The position numbers were made by a program, and so were the translations under genes. From the NCBI GenBank assembly GCA_001643675.2, contig LSRY02000010.1:806001-870000 (forward strand): a DNA stretch of 64,000 bases, written 5' to 3'. Shown one piece after another: positions 62,655 to 64,000 of this stretch. This stretch comes from Monocercomonoides exilis PA203 (taxonomy: Eukaryota; Protista; Preaxostyla). Within the stretch, counting starts at the first letter, position 1; each line of letters starts with the position of its first letter. The notes under the pieces are model-generated. The model saw nothing but the letters and a program-made list of their open reading frames with translations. It had not been told where the DNA came from and did not search any database.

Positions 62655-64000
62655 TTAGATCCAACTTATATCATCATCTTCAACAACAGAAATATCTTCG
62701 GAAAGATCGCTTCCAACTGAATCTTCATCGACATTCCACAGGGAATCGTCTTGAGATGACTGATCAGTACATGTCTTTCGCAAAAGAGCTCCAACTGCTT
62801 CTTTAGACTGATTTAACTGCTTGAACAGCCTTCTCCTATCCTTCATCATTCTCTCTTCCTCTTCCTTCTTCGCAGACTTCGCTTGCGTTTGAAGACGCGA
62901 TGTGGAGCTTGTGGGTGTCTGCGTTGCAAGAGGCGTGGTGGGTACAAACAGGCTAAGTGATGAATGCCGTGAAAGCGAAGATCTTAACTCTTTCAGCTTC
63001 CATCTCTCATCTATTGCAATTTTCCTTTCTTTCTCTTTCTCATCAGCAAGGATTTTTTCATCGAGTATTTTCTGCTGCTCTTCAGGAGTAAACTCAATTA
63101 ACTTCTCCTTCTTCATTGTACCAATAAGAAGATTCCAGTTTATCTCTTCGCGCTCAATTCGGCTTTTCAGCAAATCCTCAATTTCCTTTTCTTCTTCTGT
63201 CTGTTGAACAATACGCTCAATTATTTTTGACTCCTTTCTTGTTTTAGCCAAGTTTTGCCCACTTGATACCATTCCCGATCCAGATCCCAATCCAAAGCCT
63301 TTGCTACGTGTAGTAAGTCCTTCCCCATCATCACCCCTTATACTTCTGGATGTGTTCTGCCGGCTTTCTCCATAGGTCCGGCTTCTTCTTGTAGTCTTGC
63401 CTCCTCCCACATTCCCCCTCACAGACATAAGCCCGTCTCCAAACAATGAACGCGAGGAGACCATCCCACTTCCTCCACCGCCACCTGTTTTTGTGTGAAA
63501 CGTCATCGCATCGTCGTCTCTTCTCGATTCTGGATTCGATGCGTCTTCACGGTGTCGCGCTGTTGATTGAGTAGTTGATCCATTTCCACTACCGGCCAGC
63601 AGAAATGACTTGCTGCCCATCTTCTTTCGCATCAGGGTGGATGATGTCCGCTTCAGTTTTAGCATCGACGATCTCCCACTTCTGACAGTTTTGTCTCTTG
63701 CAGTTGTCTGTGTTGATGAGGCCTCTTTTAAGAATCCTTCCTCTTGAGCTTGCTTCAGTTCCAATGCAGCCTTTTCTTTCTTTTCTTGCTCGGTCAGTGT
63801 GTCTTCATACTCTTTTTGAAGTTGAATAAGTCTTCTCCGTTCTTTAGCTCTCGGAGTTAGTTCATCATCAGGCACATCGTTGTCAGCAAAGTCCAGCATG
63901 ATTTCCTCAGAGTTAACTGTCTCCAGCTCATCAGCACACAATCCAGGAGACTTTCTTTCGTTTGCAACTCCAGTTTGACCATCAGGAAGCGGAGTATCTC
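62655..64000 (-). CDS. 3' part of an unknown charged, low-complexity protein; 5' end beyond the right window edge
   Basis: Frame is open from 64000 to TAA at 62655; coiled-coil-like and S/G/R-rich segments; no recognisable domain. Confidence 0.75.
   Translation of the reverse strand, partial: DTPLPDGQTGVANERKSPGLCADELETVNSEEIMLDFADNDVPDDELTPRAKERRRLIQLQKEYEDTLTEQEKKEKAALELKQAQEEGFLKEASSTQTTARDKTVRSGRSSMLKLKRTSSTLMRKKMGSKSFLLAGSGNGSTTQSTARHREDASNPESRRDDDAMTFHTKTGGGGGSGMVSSRSLFGDGLMSVRGNVGGGKTTRRSRTYGESRQNTSRSIRGDDGEGLTTRSKGFGLGSGSGMVSSGQNLAKTRKESKIIERIVQQTEEEKEIEDLLKSRIEREEINWNLLIGTMKKEKLIEFTPEEQQKILDEKILADEKEKERKIAIDERWKLKELRSSLSRHSSLSLFVPTTPLATQTPTSSTSRLQTQAKSAKKEEEERMMKDRRRLFKQLNQSKEAVGALLRKTCTDQSSQDDSLWNVDEDSVGSDLSEDISVVEDDDISWI

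Overview
Eukaryotic, AT-rich, intron-containing genomic DNA read with the standard genetic code. The gene families, short introns and TCT-encoded poly-Ser expansions most resemble the oxymonad Monocercomonoides; this is inference, not proof. Housekeeping genes, mostly reconstructed by manual splicing: LRR protein, SENP8/DEN1, TRAPPC5/Trs31, NASP/Sim3-type histone chaperone, Nup35/Nup53, MTMR14, ABHD13/Bem46-like hydrolase, ERK-type MAPK (TEY), TPR/Mlp-like nucleoporin, a giant UVRAG/ATG14-family protein and TTC1. Accessory content: an 8-kb intronless beta-helix/TM/pseudokinase gene, a pseudogene, and a full-length but decayed DIRS1-type tyrosine-recombinase retrotransposon (57519-61941) with recognisable ITRs and ICR. 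Most notable signals not visible in the ORF track: (1) an F-box split over tiny exons and fused to a multi-pass membrane protein; (2) a family of small TIR elements bounded by ATAT|GGG...CCC|ATAT; (3) a loxP-like palindromic circle-junction site and a candidate dual (-1/+1) frameshift cassette in the DIRS element; (4) GC-AG introns and frequent AAG/GAG acceptors.
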